A stretch of 64,000 bases of DNA from Betaproteobacteria bacterium (GTDB taxonomy: Bacteria > Pseudomonadota > Gammaproteobacteria > Burkholderiales > Burkholderiaceae_E), in the NCBI GenBank assembly GCA_029979245.1, contig JAPOHX010000001.1:12678-76677 (forward strand), given 5' to 3'. The notes beneath the pieces were generated by a model. It saw only the letters and a program-made list of their open reading frames with translations. It was not told where the DNA came from and searched no databases. Positions within the stretch are counted from its first letter, which is position 1, and each line of letters starts with the position of its first letter. The position numbers and the translations under genes were made by a program. Below, in pieces: positions 21,967-31,059 of the stretch.

Positions 21967-22839
21967 ATGAGACTGAGCAAGGAACAGATCGAGCAGTTCG
22001 ATCGCGACGGATACCTGTTCTTCCCGAGCCACTTCACGCCCGAGGAAATCAAGACCCTGACCGACGCGGTGCCCGAGCTGTACTCGCGCCAGGAGGCCTA
22101 CAACATCCGCGAACGCGGCTCGCAGGCGGTGCGCACGAACTTTGCCGCCCACCTGTACAGCGAACCGTTTGCAAGGCTCGCCCGCCATCCGCGCATGGTG
22201 CAGCCGATCGAAGACCTGTTCGACGAAAAGCTGTACATGCATCAGTTCAAGATCAACGGCAAGATGGCCTTCGAAGGCGACGTCTGGCAGTGGCACCAGG
22301 ACTACGGCACCTGGCTCAACGACGATCTGATGCCCTCGCCGCGCGCGATGAACGTCGCGATCTTCCTGGACGAGGTCAACGAGTACAACGGTCCGCTGGT
22401 GTTCATTCCCGGCAGCCACAAGCTCGGCGTGGTCGAGGCCGGGCACGACACCACCACCACCAGCTATCCGCTGTGGACAGTGAGCAACAAGCTGATCAGC
22501 GAGTTGGTCGAGCGCGCGGGGGGCCGCAACGGTGGCATCGTCTCGCCCAAGGGCCCGGCCGGTTCGATGATGCTGTTCCATAGCTGCCTGCTGCATGCCT
22601 CGAGCAGCAACCTGTCGCCCTGGAACCGCGTCACCTGCTACCTGAGCCTGTGCGCGGTCAGCAACCATGTACGTCGCTTCAAGCGCCCGGAGTACATCGC
22701 GCATCGTGATTTCACCCCGATCGAATGCCTGCCGGACGACTGCCTGACGAAGGACTATCCGGTCGACCTGCCCTGGAAGGACGGCATGCCGGCCAGCGCG
22801 CTCGAGACCTCCCTTGACGAACTGAAACAGGCCGCCTGA
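21967..22839 (+). CDS. Fe(II)/2-oxoglutarate dioxygenase, PhyH family (proline trans-4-hydroxylase/EctD-like)
   Basis: HQFKINGK, WHQDY (HxD), NGPLVFIPGSHK, distal His (LLHAS) and Arg (WNR). Confidence 0.88.
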   Translation: MRLSKEQIEQFDRDGYLFFPSHFTPEEIKTLTDAVPELYSRQEAYNIRERGSQAVRTNFAAHLYSEPFARLARHPRMVQPIEDLFDEKLYMHQFKINGKMAFEGDVWQWHQDYGTWLNDDLMPSPRAMNVAIFLDEVNEYNGPLVFIPGSHKLGVVEAGHDTTTTSYPLWTVSNKLISELVERAGGRNGGIVSPKGPAGSMMLFHSCLLHASSSNLSPWNRVTCYLSLCAVSNHVRRFKRPEYIAHRDFTPIECLPDDCLTKDYPVDLPWKDGMPASALETSLDELKQAA

Positions 22840-22841
22840 CC

Positions 22842-24200
22842 ATGAGTCTTCACGCAAAATTGCAGCAACGTGCCGCCGAGGGTCGCCCGATCCGCGTCGG
22901 CCTGATCGGCGCCGGCAAGTTCGGCTCGATGTACCTGGCCCAGGTGCCGCGCACCCGCGGCGTGCACCTGGTCGGCATCGCCGACCTCTCGCCGGCCGCG
23001 GCCCGCCGCAACCTGGAGCGCGTCGGCTGGGAGCCGGAGCGCACCCAAGCCGCGTCGCTCGACGAGGCGCTCAAGAACGGTGCCACGCATCTGGGCGACG
23101 ACTGGCAGGCGCTGGTCACGCATCCGGCGATCGACGTGATCGTCGAGTGCACCGGCCATCCGATCGCCGCGGTCGACCATTGCCTGGAGGCCTTCGCGCA
23201 CCGCAAGCATGTGGTGAACGTGACGGTGGAGGCCGATGCGTTCTGCGGTCCGCTGCTCGCGCAAAAGGCAGCCGAGGCGGGCGTCATCTACTCACTGGCG
23301 TTCGGCGATCAGCCGGCGCTGATCTGCGACCTGGTCGACTGGGCGCGCACCTGCGGCTTTCCGATCGCGGCGGCCGGTCGCGGCCACAAGTGGATGCCGC
23401 ACTTCTCGGAGTCCACGCCCGATACCGTCTGGGACAACTGGGGGCTGACCCGCGAGCAGGCCGAGCGCGGCGGACTGAACCCGAAGATGTTCAACAGCTT
23501 CCTGGATGGCACCAAGCCGTCGATCGAGTCGGCCGCAGTGGCCAATGCGACCGGCCTGCTGGTGCCGAGCAACGGCCTGCAGTTCCCGCCGGCCAGCGCC
23601 GACGACATTCCATACGTGATGCGTCCGCGCAGCGAGGGCGGCGTGCTCGAGCAAACGGGCATGGTCGAGGTGATCTCGGCGCTCGAGGCCGATGGCCGGC
23701 TGATTCCGTACAACGTGCGCAACGGCGTTTGGGTCACCGTTGAGGCCGAGACCGAGTACATCAAGAACTGCTTCGAGGAGTACATGGTCAAGACCGACCC
23801 GAGCGGGCGCTACTTCACGCTGTACAAGCGCTGGCACCTGATCGGGCTGGAGGTCGGCTACTCGGTGGCCAGCGTCGCGCTGCGCGGCGAATCCACCGGC
23901 ACCGCGACCTGCTGGAATGCTGACGTGGTGGCCACCGCCAAGCGCGACCTGAACCCGGGTGAGATGCTCGACGGCGAGGGCGGCTACACGGTCTGGGGCA
24001 AGCTGCTGCCGTCGGCGCGTTCCACCGAAATCGGCGCGGTGCCGCTGGGCCTGGCGCATGACGTCAAGCTGATCCGACCGGTCAAGAAGGGGCAGAGCGT
24101 GACCTGGGCGGATGTCGAGATCGACCAGAGCACCCGCGCGTACAAACTGCGCAAGGAGCTCGAGGGCATGTTTGCGGAACCGGCCAGGAAGGTGGCCTGA
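22842..24200 (+). CDS. NAD(P)-dependent oxidoreductase, homoserine dehydrogenase-like with C-terminal SAF domain (COG4091-type)
   Basis: GAGKFG Rossmann motif, GDQP, FNSFLDGTK, C-terminal ATAKRDLNPGEMLDGEGG SAF domain. Confidence 0.82.
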   Translation: MSLHAKLQQRAAEGRPIRVGLIGAGKFGSMYLAQVPRTRGVHLVGIADLSPAAARRNLERVGWEPERTQAASLDEALKNGATHLGDDWQALVTHPAIDVIVECTGHPIAAVDHCLEAFAHRKHVVNVTVEADAFCGPLLAQKAAEAGVIYSLAFGDQPALICDLVDWARTCGFPIAAAGRGHKWMPHFSESTPDTVWDNWGLTREQAERGGLNPKMFNSFLDGTKPSIESAAVANATGLLVPSNGLQFPPASADDIPYVMRPRSEGGVLEQTGMVEVISALEADGRLIPYNVRNGVWVTVEAETEYIKNCFEEYMVKTDPSGRYFTLYKRWHLIGLEVGYSVASVALRGESTGTATCWNADVVATAKRDLNPGEMLDGEGGYTVWGKLLPSARSTEIGAVPLGLAHDVKLIRPVKKGQSVTWADVEIDQSTRAYKLRKELEGMFAEPARKVA

Positions 24201-24206
24201 GCACGC

Positions 24207-24229
24207 CGGGCCGGTAATCCGCCGGCCCG
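24207..24229. repeat. GC hairpin CGGGCCGG-N7-CCGGCCCG just after a stop codon (copy 1)
   Basis: Same 8-bp arms recur at 30513-30533. Confidence 0.45.
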
Positions 24230-24421
24230 CCGCAGTTCCTTGTTGCATGGATCGGGAAAACGCCCAGCTGTCGGCCGCGCAAGTTCCCGCATTCGCGTCC
24301 GTCGGCGTTATAGTTCGCGCTTCGCGCGCGCGGGGTGGTCGTGCAGTGCCACGCCGCCGCCAAAGTTAACCGCCGGGGCAGCCACGCTCCGAATGCATCG
24401 TTTCCTCGCCTGGAGGCTGAC

Positions 24422-25117
24422 TTGAGCTACGTGTTCGCACCCCCCGCCACCGTCTCCGTGCCGGTTGCCGGCTCGCAGAGCCGCTTTCCGGTCAACCGCA
24501 TCTACTGCGTGGGCCGCAACTATGTCGAGCACGCCAAAGAGATGGGCTTTACCGGCCGCGAGCCGCCGTTCTTTTTCATGAAGCCGGCCGATGCGCTGGT
24601 GATCATCGACGAGGGCAAGACCGGCGAGATGCCGTATCCGTCGGTCACCAAGGACCTGCACCACGAGATGGAGCTGGTCGTGGCGATCGGCAAGGGCGGC
24701 AAGAACATCAAGGCCGCCGATGCCGCCGCGCACATCTACGGCTACGCGCTGGGCCTGGACATGACCCGTCGAGACCTGCAGGGCGAGGCCAAGAAGCAGG
24801 GCCGGCCGTGGGAAGTGGGCAAGGCCTTCGACCATTCGGCACCGATCGGCCCGATTGTGCCGGCCGCCCAGGCCGGTGACGTGAACAACGCCGACATCAG
24901 CCTGACGGTGAACGGCACGGTGCGCCAGTCGAGCAATGTGTCCAAGCTGATCTGGAACATCGCCGAAACCATTGAGCACCTGTCGGCGCTGTGGGAGCTC
25001 AGGCCCGGCGACCTGATCTTCTCGGGCACGCCGGAAGGCGTGGCCGCCGTGGTAGCCGGCGACCTGCTCGAAGGCAAGGTTGCGGGGGTGGGCACGCTGA
25101 AGGTCAAGGTGGTCTGA
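24422..25117 (+). CDS. Fumarylacetoacetate hydrolase family (fumarylpyruvate hydrolase/YcgM-like)
   Basis: TTG start after GGAGG; RIYCVGRNYVEHAKEMG, HHEMELVV, DMTRRDLQ, FSGTPEGV. Confidence 0.9.
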   Translation: MSYVFAPPATVSVPVAGSQSRFPVNRIYCVGRNYVEHAKEMGFTGREPPFFFMKPADALVIIDEGKTGEMPYPSVTKDLHHEMELVVAIGKGGKNIKAADAAAHIYGYALGLDMTRRDLQGEAKKQGRPWEVGKAFDHSAPIGPIVPAAQAGDVNNADISLTVNGTVRQSSNVSKLIWNIAETIEHLSALWELRPGDLIFSGTPEGVAAVVAGDLLEGKVAGVGTLKVKVV

Positions 25118-25152
25118 ATCAGCGGGCCGCGATCCGCGGCTGCGCTGTATCG

Positions 25153-25184
25153 AACGGGCCCGCGATGCGGGCCCGTTTTGTTTT
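25153..25184 (+). terminator. Intrinsic terminator after the FAH gene
   Basis: 11-bp stem AACGGGCCCGC/GCGGGCCCGTT, 3-nt loop, TTGTTTT tail. Confidence 0.7.
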
Positions 25185-25370
25185 CGGACCGAGACCTCAG
25201 TCTTCGAACAATTCGGAGTGGGTGCCGGCTCGCACGAAGACGACGGCGTTGCCTGATCCGGACTGCCGAAGCGAAATGCCGGGCCACGCCGCTAGTTGCT
25301 ACCGGCCCAGCGCGGCGGGATACTCGCGATTCCCGAACGCGCCCCACCCTGACAAGGCCAGCCGGACCCC

Positions 25371-27587
25371 ATGGAACGATCCTTCGCAGCTGAAATCGAA
25401 TCGCTGAAACTCGGCGACGGCCAGACCTTTCACGGCGAGGGCATCCTCGCGGTGACCAAGGCGCTGCTGCAAAGTGGCGTGTCCTATGTGGGCGGCTACC
25501 AGGGCTCGCCGATTTCGCACCTGCTCGACGTGATGGTGCAGGCACGCGACTACCTGGACACACTCGGCGTGCATGTCGAGGCCTGCACCAATGAATCCTC
25601 GGCGGCCGCGATGCTCGGCGCGTCGATCAACTATCCGGCGCGCGGCGCAGTGACCTGGAAGTCGATCGTCGGCACCAACGTGGCGGCCGACGCGCTGTCG
25701 AACCTGGCCTCGCCGGGCGTGGTCGGCGGCGCGCTGATCGTGATCGGCGAAGACTTCGGCGAGGGTGCCAGCGTGATCCAGGAACGTACGCATGCGTTTG
25801 CGCTGAAGTCCTCGCTGTGCCTGATGGATCCGCGCCCGCACCTGCCGACCATCGTGCGCATGGTCGAGCACGGCTTTGCGATGTCGGAGGCGTCGAACAC
25901 GCCGGTGATGATGGAGCTGCGCATCCGCACCTGCCATCTGCGCGGCAGCTTTGCCACCCGCGACAATCGCGCGCCGCAGGTCTCAACCCGCACGCCGATG
26001 GCCGAACCGGCTGGCTTTAACTATGACCGGCTTGCGCATCCGCCGGCCACCTTCGCGCAGGAAAAACTCAAGTTCGAGGTGCGGCTGCCGGCAGCGCGCA
26101 ACTACATCATCGAGCATCAGGTCAACGAGCACTTCGCTGCACAGCCACTCGACGATGAGCCGGCGCTGCCGCAGCTGGGCATCATCGTGCAGGGCGGCCT
26201 GTACAACAACACGATCCGCGCGCTGCAGCAGCTTGGTCTGGCCGACGGCTTTGGCACCAGCCGCGTCGACCTGCTGTGCCTGAACGTGGTGTATCCGCTG
26301 GTGCCCGAGCAGATCGGTGCGTTCTGCGAGGGCAAGCAGGCGGTGCTGGTGCTCGAGGAAGGCCAGCCCGAGTACATCGAGCAGGAGATCGCGGCGCTGC
26401 TGCGCCGGCGCGAAACCGCTGCCGGACACAGCGGCGCAGCCGGTCCGCGACTGCATGGCAAGGACCTGCTGTCGATGGCCGGCGAGTACCACACCGAGCT
26501 GATCGCCTCGGGCCTGACGCGCTTCGTGCGCGCGGCGATGCCGCAGCTGGAGCTGGCCGGTGCCGACGCACAGGTCGCGGCGCTGGCCGCCACCCGCAAG
26601 CGCGCCACCGAACTGCTCGGCGCGCCGGTGCCGCCGCGCCCGCCGACCTTTTGCGTCGGCTGCCCGGAGCGGCCGGTGTTCTCGGCGCTCAAGCAGGTGC
26701 GCGAAAACATCGGCCCGATGCATGTGTCGTCGGACATCGGCTGCCATTCGTTCGCGACCTTCGCGCCGTTTTCGATGGGCAACTCGATCCTGGGCTACGG
26801 CATGAGCCTGGCCAGCGCCGCCGGCGTGATCCCGCTGCAGGCGCGCCGGCCGATCGCAGTGATGGGCGACGGCGGTTTCTGGCACAACGGGCTGCTGTCG
26901 GGTGTCGCCTCGAACCTGCTCAATCGCGGTGACGGGGTGCTGATGATCATGAAGAATGGCTACACCTCGGCCACCGGCACGCAGGAGCTGGTGTCATCGC
27001 CGGCCGACCTGCTCAAGCGGCTGGCCGGCGCCGGCAGCGCGACGCACACCGAGACCACGATCGAGGACACGCTGCGAGGCATCGGCGTCAAATGGCTACG
27101 CACGGTGCACACCTATGAGGTCAGCAAGGTCAAGGACACGCTGACGGAGGCGCTGACCACCGACGAAGCGGGCCTGAAGGTGATCATCGCCGAGGGCGAA
27201 TGCCAGCTCGAGCGACAGCGCCGGATCCGGCCCGCGAACGCGGCGCGACTGGCGCGCGGCGAGCGGCTGGTGCGAGTGCGTTACGGCATCGACGAGAACG
27301 TGTGCACCGGCGACCATGCCTGCATCAGGATCTCGGGCTGCCCGTCGCTGACGATCAAGGATCCGTCCGATCCGCTGAAGGTGGATCCGGTCGCGCAGGT
27401 GAACCAGAACTGCGTCGGCTGCGGGCTGTGCGGCGAGAACGCGCATGCAGCCACGCTATGCCCGAGCTTTTATCGCGTCGAGGTGGTGCACAACCCGAAC
27501 GCCTGGGACAGGCTGCTGGGCTGGCTGAACCGCACGCTGATCGGCTGGATCGCGCCGTCGCGCGACGGTGTGGGGGCTGCACGGTGA
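25371..27587 (+). CDS. iorA: Indolepyruvate/arylpyruvate:ferredoxin oxidoreductase alpha subunit
   Basis: GYQGSP, TPP motif GDGGFWHNG, C-terminal 4Fe-4S Cys motifs (CTGDHAC...CP; CVGCGLC...CP). Confidence 0.9.
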   Translation: MERSFAAEIESLKLGDGQTFHGEGILAVTKALLQSGVSYVGGYQGSPISHLLDVMVQARDYLDTLGVHVEACTNESSAAAMLGASINYPARGAVTWKSIVGTNVAADALSNLASPGVVGGALIVIGEDFGEGASVIQERTHAFALKSSLCLMDPRPHLPTIVRMVEHGFAMSEASNTPVMMELRIRTCHLRGSFATRDNRAPQVSTRTPMAEPAGFNYDRLAHPPATFAQEKLKFEVRLPAARNYIIEHQVNEHFAAQPLDDEPALPQLGIIVQGGLYNNTIRALQQLGLADGFGTSRVDLLCLNVVYPLVPEQIGAFCEGKQAVLVLEEGQPEYIEQEIAALLRRRETAAGHSGAAGPRLHGKDLLSMAGEYHTELIASGLTRFVRAAMPQLELAGADAQVAALAATRKRATELLGAPVPPRPPTFCVGCPERPVFSALKQVRENIGPMHVSSDIGCHSFATFAPFSMGNSILGYGMSLASAAGVIPLQARRPIAVMGDGGFWHNGLLSGVASNLLNRGDGVLMIMKNGYTSATGTQELVSSPADLLKRLAGAGSATHTETTIEDTLRGIGVKWLRTVHTYEVSKVKDTLTEALTTDEAGLKVIIAEGECQLERQRRIRPANAARLARGERLVRVRYGIDENVCTGDHACIRISGCPSLTIKDPSDPLKVDPVAQVNQNCVGCGLCGENAHAATLCPSFYRVEVVHNPNAWDRLLGWLNRTLIGWIAPSRDGVGAAR

Positions 27588-29242
27588 GCCAGCGCCCCCT
27601 GACCCTGCTGGTGCTCGCGCTCGGCGGCGAGGGCGGCGGCGTGCTCGGCGACTGGATCGTCGAGACTGCGCTCGCGCAGGGCCTGCCGGTACAGGCCACC
27701 TCAGTGCCCGGTGTTGCGCAGCGCACTGGCGCCACCTCGTACTACGTCGAGATGCTGCCGCAGGTGCCGGCCGATGGCCGCGAGCCGGTGTTCTGCCTGG
27801 CGCCAACGCCCGGGCAAGTCGATCTGGTGGTCTCGTCCGAACTGCTCGAGACTGCCCGTGCGCTGGAGCGCGGGCTGGTCGAGCCCTCGCGCACGGTGCT
27901 GGTGTCGGCCACCGGGCGCTTTTTGACCATCGCCGAAAAGGCACAGATGGGCGACGGCCGACTCGATGACGCGCGGATGATCGCCGCGGCACGCGAGCTG
28001 GCGCGCGAGGCGCTGTTCTTCGACATGGCGGCCGAGACCGCCGCCGCTCGCACCGTGCTGTCGTCGGTGATGTTCGGCGCGATCGCGGCCACCGGGGCGC
28101 TACCTCTGACGCGTGAGGCCTGCGAGGCAACGATCCGCGCCGGCGGCGGCGCGATGGTGGCGGCCAGCCTGGCCGGATTTGCACGCGGCTTCGATGCGGT
28201 GCTGCGTGCGCGCGCGCAGACCGATGGGGTGGACCGAGGGGCGCGCGAGACGGGGAACGCGGCCGCCGGTGCGCAGGACCCGGCGTCGACGACGGCTCGT
28301 GTCGGTAGCGGGCACTCCGGATTGGCTCCGAACGTGCCGAGCGGTGTAACCGAGCCCAGCGGTACAACCGGTGTGAGCGGCCTGCCGCCCCAGGTGGCCG
28401 AGGTCGCCGAGCTCGGTATCGCCCGGCTGCGCGACTACCAGGACGATGGCTACGCGCTGCGCTATCTGGCCCGGGTGCGCCAGATTGTCGCGGCCGAGCA
28501 GGCGGCCGGCGGCACCGACCTGCTGGCTAGTCGCAGCGCGGCTCGTTTCCTCGCGCTGTGGATGGCCTATGAGGATGTGATCCGGGTGGCCGATCTGAAG
28601 TCGCAGCCGCAGCGCCTGGCGCAGATCCGCCACGACTTCGGCGCCCAAGACCAGCAGCCGGTGACGGTACGCGAATACTTAAAGCCGGGCGTCGACGAGA
28701 TCGCCGCGATCCTGCCACCGACGCTGGCCGTACGCGTCAGACGCTGGCACTCCCGCAGAAAGCAGACCACTCCGTCGGAGCAAGCGCTTACACACGGGAT
28801 CGCATTGAACACCACGTCCTTTCCCGGCTACCTGGCGCTGCGGCTGCTGGCCTGGCTCAGGCCGCTGCGCCGGCGCTCCGAGCGCTTTGCGCAGGAACAG
28901 GCGCTGATCGAACGCTGGCAGGCCGCGCTGCTGCGCGCGATGCCGGCCAGCCTGGAGTTGGCGCGCGAAATCGCGCAGTGTCCGCGGCTGCTCAAGGGCT
29001 ATGGCGACACCCATCTGCGCGGCCGGCGCAGCTTCGAGGCACTGATGCTGCAGCTGATCGAACCGCCGCTTCCGGAAGACGCGCCCGGACTCACCGAGCG
29101 CGCTCAGGCGATCCGCCGGGCGCGCGAGGCGGCGCTGGCCGACCCCGAGGGCCGGGCGCTGGCCGGCGCGCTCGGCCAGCCGCTGCCGCCGCTGCGCGAG
29201 CAGCCGATCCGGTTTTTTGGGCGCGAAGCCAAACGCAGCTGA
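27584..29242 (+). CDS. iorB: Indolepyruvate oxidoreductase beta subunit (long form with C-terminal helical domain)
   Basis: GTG overlapping the iorA stop; ALGGEGGGVL, QATSVPGVAQRTGATSYY, YEDVIRVADLK, KGYGDTH. Confidence 0.88.
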   Translation: MSQRPLTLLVLALGGEGGGVLGDWIVETALAQGLPVQATSVPGVAQRTGATSYYVEMLPQVPADGREPVFCLAPTPGQVDLVVSSELLETARALERGLVEPSRTVLVSATGRFLTIAEKAQMGDGRLDDARMIAAARELAREALFFDMAAETAAARTVLSSVMFGAIAATGALPLTREACEATIRAGGGAMVAASLAGFARGFDAVLRARAQTDGVDRGARETGNAAAGAQDPASTTARVGSGHSGLAPNVPSGVTEPSGTTGVSGLPPQVAEVAELGIARLRDYQDDGYALRYLARVRQIVAAEQAAGGTDLLASRSAARFLALWMAYEDVIRVADLKSQPQRLAQIRHDFGAQDQQPVTVREYLKPGVDEIAAILPPTLAVRVRRWHSRRKQTTPSEQALTHGIALNTTSFPGYLALRLLAWLRPLRRRSERFAQEQALIERWQAALLRAMPASLELAREIAQCPRLLKGYGDTHLRGRRSFEALMLQLIEPPLPEDAPGLTERAQAIRRAREAALADPEGRALAGALGQPLPPLREQPIRFFGREAKRS

Positions 29243-29475
29243 CCGATACGCGCGAATGCAAGGGCCACCAAGGCTAAGCGGCAGTACTTGGCAATGGCGT
29301 GGGGCGGTGTCCCGCCCGCCGAACTAGGCTGACGAAACTCGCCGCCGAACCAGCCCTGAACGCCAAAAACCGTTTCGCGCCCGCGAGCTTCCTGCTAAGT
29401 TTGCCGTTGCGCCCGCCATTGGACGGAAAGGCATGGCAGCCGCCCCAACACAATGACAATCCGAGGAGACCTTGC

Positions 29476-30507
29476 ATGACCCAGCCCCGTCGCTCTCTGG
29501 CCGCCGCTTCGTTCGGCGCGCTGCTTGCCCTGTCCGCGCCGCTGGCGCAGGCCCAGACCGTCGAGTGGAAGTTCTCGCACTGGGTGCCAGCCACCCATCC
29601 GCTGCAAAAGATCTACTCCGACTGGGCCAAGGAGATCGAGAAGGACAGCGGTGGCACGCTGAAAATCTCGGTGTTTCCGGCGCAGCAGCTCGGCAAGGCG
29701 CCGGATCACTACGACATGGTGATCAAGGGCATCGCCGAGGGTGCGTACATCTCGACCGGCTACCAGGCCGGCCGGATGCTGGTCTCCAACGCCGGCCAGC
29801 TGCCGTTCCTGATGAGCAACGCGGCCGGCGGCTCGGCGGCCTTCGACCAGTGGTACCGGCCGTATGCGGCCAAGGACATGCCCGGCGTGAAGATGTGCTT
29901 CATGTTCGCGCATGATGTCGCGTCGCTGCACTCGAAAAAGGAGATCCGCTCGCCCGAGGAGATCAAGGGCATGAAGATCCGCCCGGCGCACGCGACGATG
30001 GCACGCTGGATGAACTCGCTGGGCGCCACCACGGTGCAGGTGTCGGCGCCTGAGGCGCGCGAAGCCTTGCAGCGCGGCGTGGCAGACGCGATCACGTTCC
30101 CGTGGGCATCGCTGATGAACTTCAAGATCGACGGCATCACGAAGTTCCACATCGACGCGCCGATGTACGTGGCCACCTTTGCGACGATCCTGAACGTCGA
30201 TCGCTACAACGCGCTGACCGACGTACAAAAAAAGGCGATCGACAAGCACTGCAACACCGAGACCGCCCGCAAGGTCGGAGCCGAATGGGCCCGCTGGGAG
30301 GACGCCGGTCGCCAGAAGCTCAAGGCGCCGGGCTCGGGCCACACGATCACGACGCTGACTCCGGCCGAATTGGCGGCCTGGCGCAAGTCAGCCGAGCCGG
30401 TGTACGCGGGCTGGATCGCCGACGTGGACAAGGCCGGCGGTGATGGCAAGAAGGCACTGGCCGAGCTGAAGGCTGCGCTGACGAGCCAGAAGGCTCTGTA
30501 CGAGTGA
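29476..30507 (+). CDS. dctP: TRAP transporter substrate-binding protein
   Basis: Signal peptide, FPAQQLGKAPDHYD, conserved Arg in GMKIRP, ALQRGVAD. Confidence 0.9.
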   Translation: MTQPRRSLAAASFGALLALSAPLAQAQTVEWKFSHWVPATHPLQKIYSDWAKEIEKDSGGTLKISVFPAQQLGKAPDHYDMVIKGIAEGAYISTGYQAGRMLVSNAGQLPFLMSNAAGGSAAFDQWYRPYAAKDMPGVKMCFMFAHDVASLHSKKEIRSPEEIKGMKIRPAHATMARWMNSLGATTVQVSAPEAREALQRGVADAITFPWASLMNFKIDGITKFHIDAPMYVATFATILNVDRYNALTDVQKKAIDKHCNTETARKVGAEWARWEDAGRQKLKAPGSGHTITTLTPAELAAWRKSAEPVYAGWIADVDKAGGDGKKALAELKAALTSQKALYE

Positions 30508-30512
30508 GGCCA

Positions 30513-30533
30513 CGGGCCGGCCGGGCCGGCCCG
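30513..30533. repeat. GC hairpin CGGGCCGG-N5-CCGGCCCG between dctP and dctQ (copy 2)
   Basis: Identical arms to 24207-24229; begins about 6 nt after the TGA. Confidence 0.45.
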
Positions 30534-30545
30534 ATGCACGCGCCG

Positions 30546-31052
30546 ATGCTCAAGACCGTCACCGCGATCGAGAAGATCGCTGGACTGTTCCTGCTCGCGG
30601 TAGCGGTACTCACCTTCGTCATGGTGATCCTGCGCAAGTTCTTCGATACCGCAATCCCGGACTGGTATGACTTCTCGCGGCTGGTGCAGGGCGTCGCGAT
30701 CCTGTGGGGCATCGGCTGCGCCTGCTATCACGGCACGCACATCCAGGTCGACCTGGTCTGGGAGCGTTTGCGCAGCCGCGGGCAGCGCCGGCTTGATCTG
30801 TTCGCCACCGGACTGCTGCTGGTGTTCATGCTCGGCTTTGCCTATTTCGCGTTGCAGGCGGCATTCGAGATGCGCACCGCCAACCTGCTGACCTCCGACC
30901 TGCGCATTCCGCAGTGGGGCTTTTTTCTGCTCGGCGCGCTCGGCGTGCTCGCGGCGGCCTGGGCGACCGTGATGCGGTTGCGGCACCTGAGTTCGGGCGA
31001 TCGTGTCGATACCCTGGTGCCCTGCACACGAACCGGCTCACCGGCAGGCTGA
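30546..31052 (+). CDS. dctQ: TRAP transporter small permease
   Basis: Four TM helices, HIQVDL motif; start could be 30534. Confidence 0.85.
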   Translation: MLKTVTAIEKIAGLFLLAVAVLTFVMVILRKFFDTAIPDWYDFSRLVQGVAILWGIGCACYHGTHIQVDLVWERLRSRGQRRLDLFATGLLLVFMLGFAYFALQAAFEMRTANLLTSDLRIPQWGFFLLGALGVLAAAWATVMRLRHLSSGDRVDTLVPCTRTGSPAG

Positions 31053-31059
31053 ACGCGCG

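Noticed and set aside
21967-22839. Ectoine hydroxylase ectD
   Set aside because: The EctD signature FxWHSDFETWHxEDG is not matched (WQWHQDYGTWLNDD) and ectABC is absent.
25240-25290. TPP-riboswitch-like CCTGATCCGG upstream of the TPP-dependent iorA
   Set aside because: Lacks the CTGAGA and TAAT...AGGG elements and the P1-P5 pairing.
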